Source: Catajapyx aquilonaris (Eukaryota). From it: a stretch of 64,000 nucleotides of DNA. The stretch covers positions 1-64,000 of the forward strand of contig KZ538814.1 in NCBI GenBank assembly GCA_000934665.2, written 5' to 3'. Below the pieces are notes generated by a model that made no database searches, had not been told where the DNA came from, and saw only the letters and a program-made list of their open reading frames with translations. This document shows, one piece after another, positions 61,901 to 64,000 of this stretch (its first letter is position 1; each line of letters starts with the position of its first letter). The translations under genes were made by a program, and so were the position numbers.

Positions 61901-64000
61901 TAAGGATGGAAAATATGACCATCTGCTGCGAGTTTGTCCGGACTTGATGTTTTTTTACTATAGGGTATGACAAGGCTGCAGTGTGTGTATGGGAACTCTG
62001 GTTGTTCAAACTCGTCCGTGCTGGCCAACGCCTTCAATTTGTACTTGGCGATATAATTGCCGTCCAAAAGCAAACTGTAGGCATAGCACGCAGTTTGCAT
62101 TAATGTTGGACGTTGCTCGACTCAATTGTGTTGGTCAATACAGGATTGCAGGGGGCGTCGATTCTCCCACCTTGTGCGACATTAGGTAATTCCGTGCCAC
62201 ATACTCCGACACGGAAGCCGTTAAGAGTCAGCCACCTCGTCACCTCAGACAGAAAAGCACGTGCACTCTTCATCTGAACCTTGATTAAGGTCGCAAAGTT
62301 TTACGCATGCATATTAGACACTGAACTTATCAGCAGACTTTTGGCAGACATGCTGCTTGATATCATATAGGTACAACAAGGTGGGTCCAAACAATCGAAA
62401 CGCATGGCATTTTTTTAAGGGGGAGGTGGGGGTGAAAGAAGAAGCGTCTTGTGGCTGTTGCCAACTTGGCAACAGCAGGCTGCTTATGTAAGTTCTGGTA
62501 CTGAATCGATAGTCCAGAGCCCCCTACCCTATAACGGAAGTTCTCAGAGTCCCTCTCTCCCTCTCTCTGGAAACAATTCAGATACCGGTACTTTTTATGA
62601 AATCATGGAATAATTTGGATCTATTCTCACATTATATTCACATATGGATGGATAAGCTGCGAATTCACATTATGTGTGAACCGGGGAATGTGGCTCCAGA
62701 TCCAGTATGGGCAGTGATCATTCACTTGGAGCCTGAAACCAATTAGATGGCTGACGTGCTGATTTTGCTATGCCCAAGGGCTTCTGTGTTCCTGACATAT
62801 TGTCAATTGCGGGGAAGGAAAAAATGGAAGTCATACTATATAGCGGGCGTCCGTTTGATGGGAACCGGTCAATAGAGCCCCCCCCCCCCTGCGTTCCACT
62901 CTTTGCTTTGCAAAATGTGATTAAACAAAGGTGTCATTACTAATTAATTTTAATACAATATTTAATTGGTTTGCATATTGGTTATAAGGGGTGCACAAAC
63001 ATGTGCACACCTTATGCACAGGTTTATATGTTTATGAAGGACCGGTGCAGTGGGGTAAAGCGACTCGAATACCAGGAGCAGGGAGGATTAAAATTTCATG
63101 CAAAAATGATTTATGCTTTGAGGAAAGATCATTAATGTGCATTGGTGATTATGGGAATACAAATTGGGATTGTATAATATGAATTACAGATATATATTTT
63201 TCAAATTTTTGCATAGGATTTGAGGGCAACGCATATTTATGCAATTTGTCTACTTATGCTAATTATGAGAAACCCATGACAATAGAAGGCCTAATATACA
63301 ATAAATACGAGTCATCAGGGACAATTTCTACCTACAACAATCGCTCAGTGTATACCTTTCTGAGCCATATAATTTAGGCCATAGTTTGGTGCGCGAGCTT
63401 TCTCATTGAAAATTGTAGGCCTCTATTAATTTCTGCATCGCATTAAAAATGTAGGCCAATACCTTGGCTACAATCATGTCGAGTGCCGTAAATATTGCAT
63501 TTCATTACCTAGCCAATGCAAAAGCAGCCAACCTACACTATGTACAATTATTACGCAACTTTTTCATTGTCGTGCCTGAACGACTTTTCCAGCACACAAA
63601 GTGGTAGGATATTTCCAATTACCAAGCACAGCACAAAATATTCTAGGCAAGATTGTTAGCAATGCGTTTCCATCAGAGGTAGAACATTGTGCTAAGTATG
63701 CTTCCCTGTAATAAGTAAAAAGTTGTTCTCATCAGTGTTGAGTTCCTAGTCCGTTGCCCGTGAGAGAGAAGGGATGCTGCTGAGGAAATAATCACTCGGT
63801 ATTTACCAGCAGGAGAGTCGAGGTTGTCTAGGCAACTCCTCCTCAAACATCTCCAACTACCCACGCTCCCTTATTGTGACTGAGCCCCCATATCTGCCAG
63901 GGCTCGACCATGTTCAGACAAGGAAACCGGAAGCAATAGCTCTTTCCACTTATCTTGGCCAAAAATCAGTGTTTTTCCCGCCAGACTGCTGAGACCAAGT

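Noticed and set aside
1..64000. CRISPR array, prokaryotic operon or conserved miRNA/snRNA gene
   Set aside because: No regularly spaced repeats or gene-dense ORFs, and I recognised no conserved mature miRNA or snRNA by eye. Small host exons could still be missed without RNA-seq.

Overview
Eukaryotic, AT-rich, non-coding window from a draft assembly, with N gaps flanked by poly-G/C. It is probably from an arthropod (inferred from TTAGG arrays, an insect-type Helitron and Lm1/Talua-like SINEs). I can support no host protein-coding exon, tRNA or rRNA; the listed ORFs are mostly chance or transposon-derived. The first ~44 kb is packed with nested non-autonomous DNA transposons. These include many TA-flanked CAGGG...CCCTG Tc1/mariner foldback MITEs, plus Harbinger-, Kolobok-, piggyBac-, Sola-, hAT- and EnSpm-like MITEs. 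There are also a complete mini-Helitron, three tRNA-SINE families and several decayed transposase remnants. The last ~20 kb has fewer young insertions. Most notable: (1) short TA-flanked motifs (TAGGCCTA, TACWGTA, TACGTA) are strongly enriched, and arm-to-arm comparison of palindromic elements shows them as insertions, consistent with pervasive excision footprints. (2) There are 1-1.4 kb near-perfect foldback elements, one with the transposase N-terminus in both arms. (3) Long MITEs occur alongside collapsed ~70-90 bp hairpin derivatives. (4) (TG)n-targeting, TTAGG-containing elements are present. Family assignments come from terminal motifs and target-site duplications (TSDs) read by eye, not from database searches.
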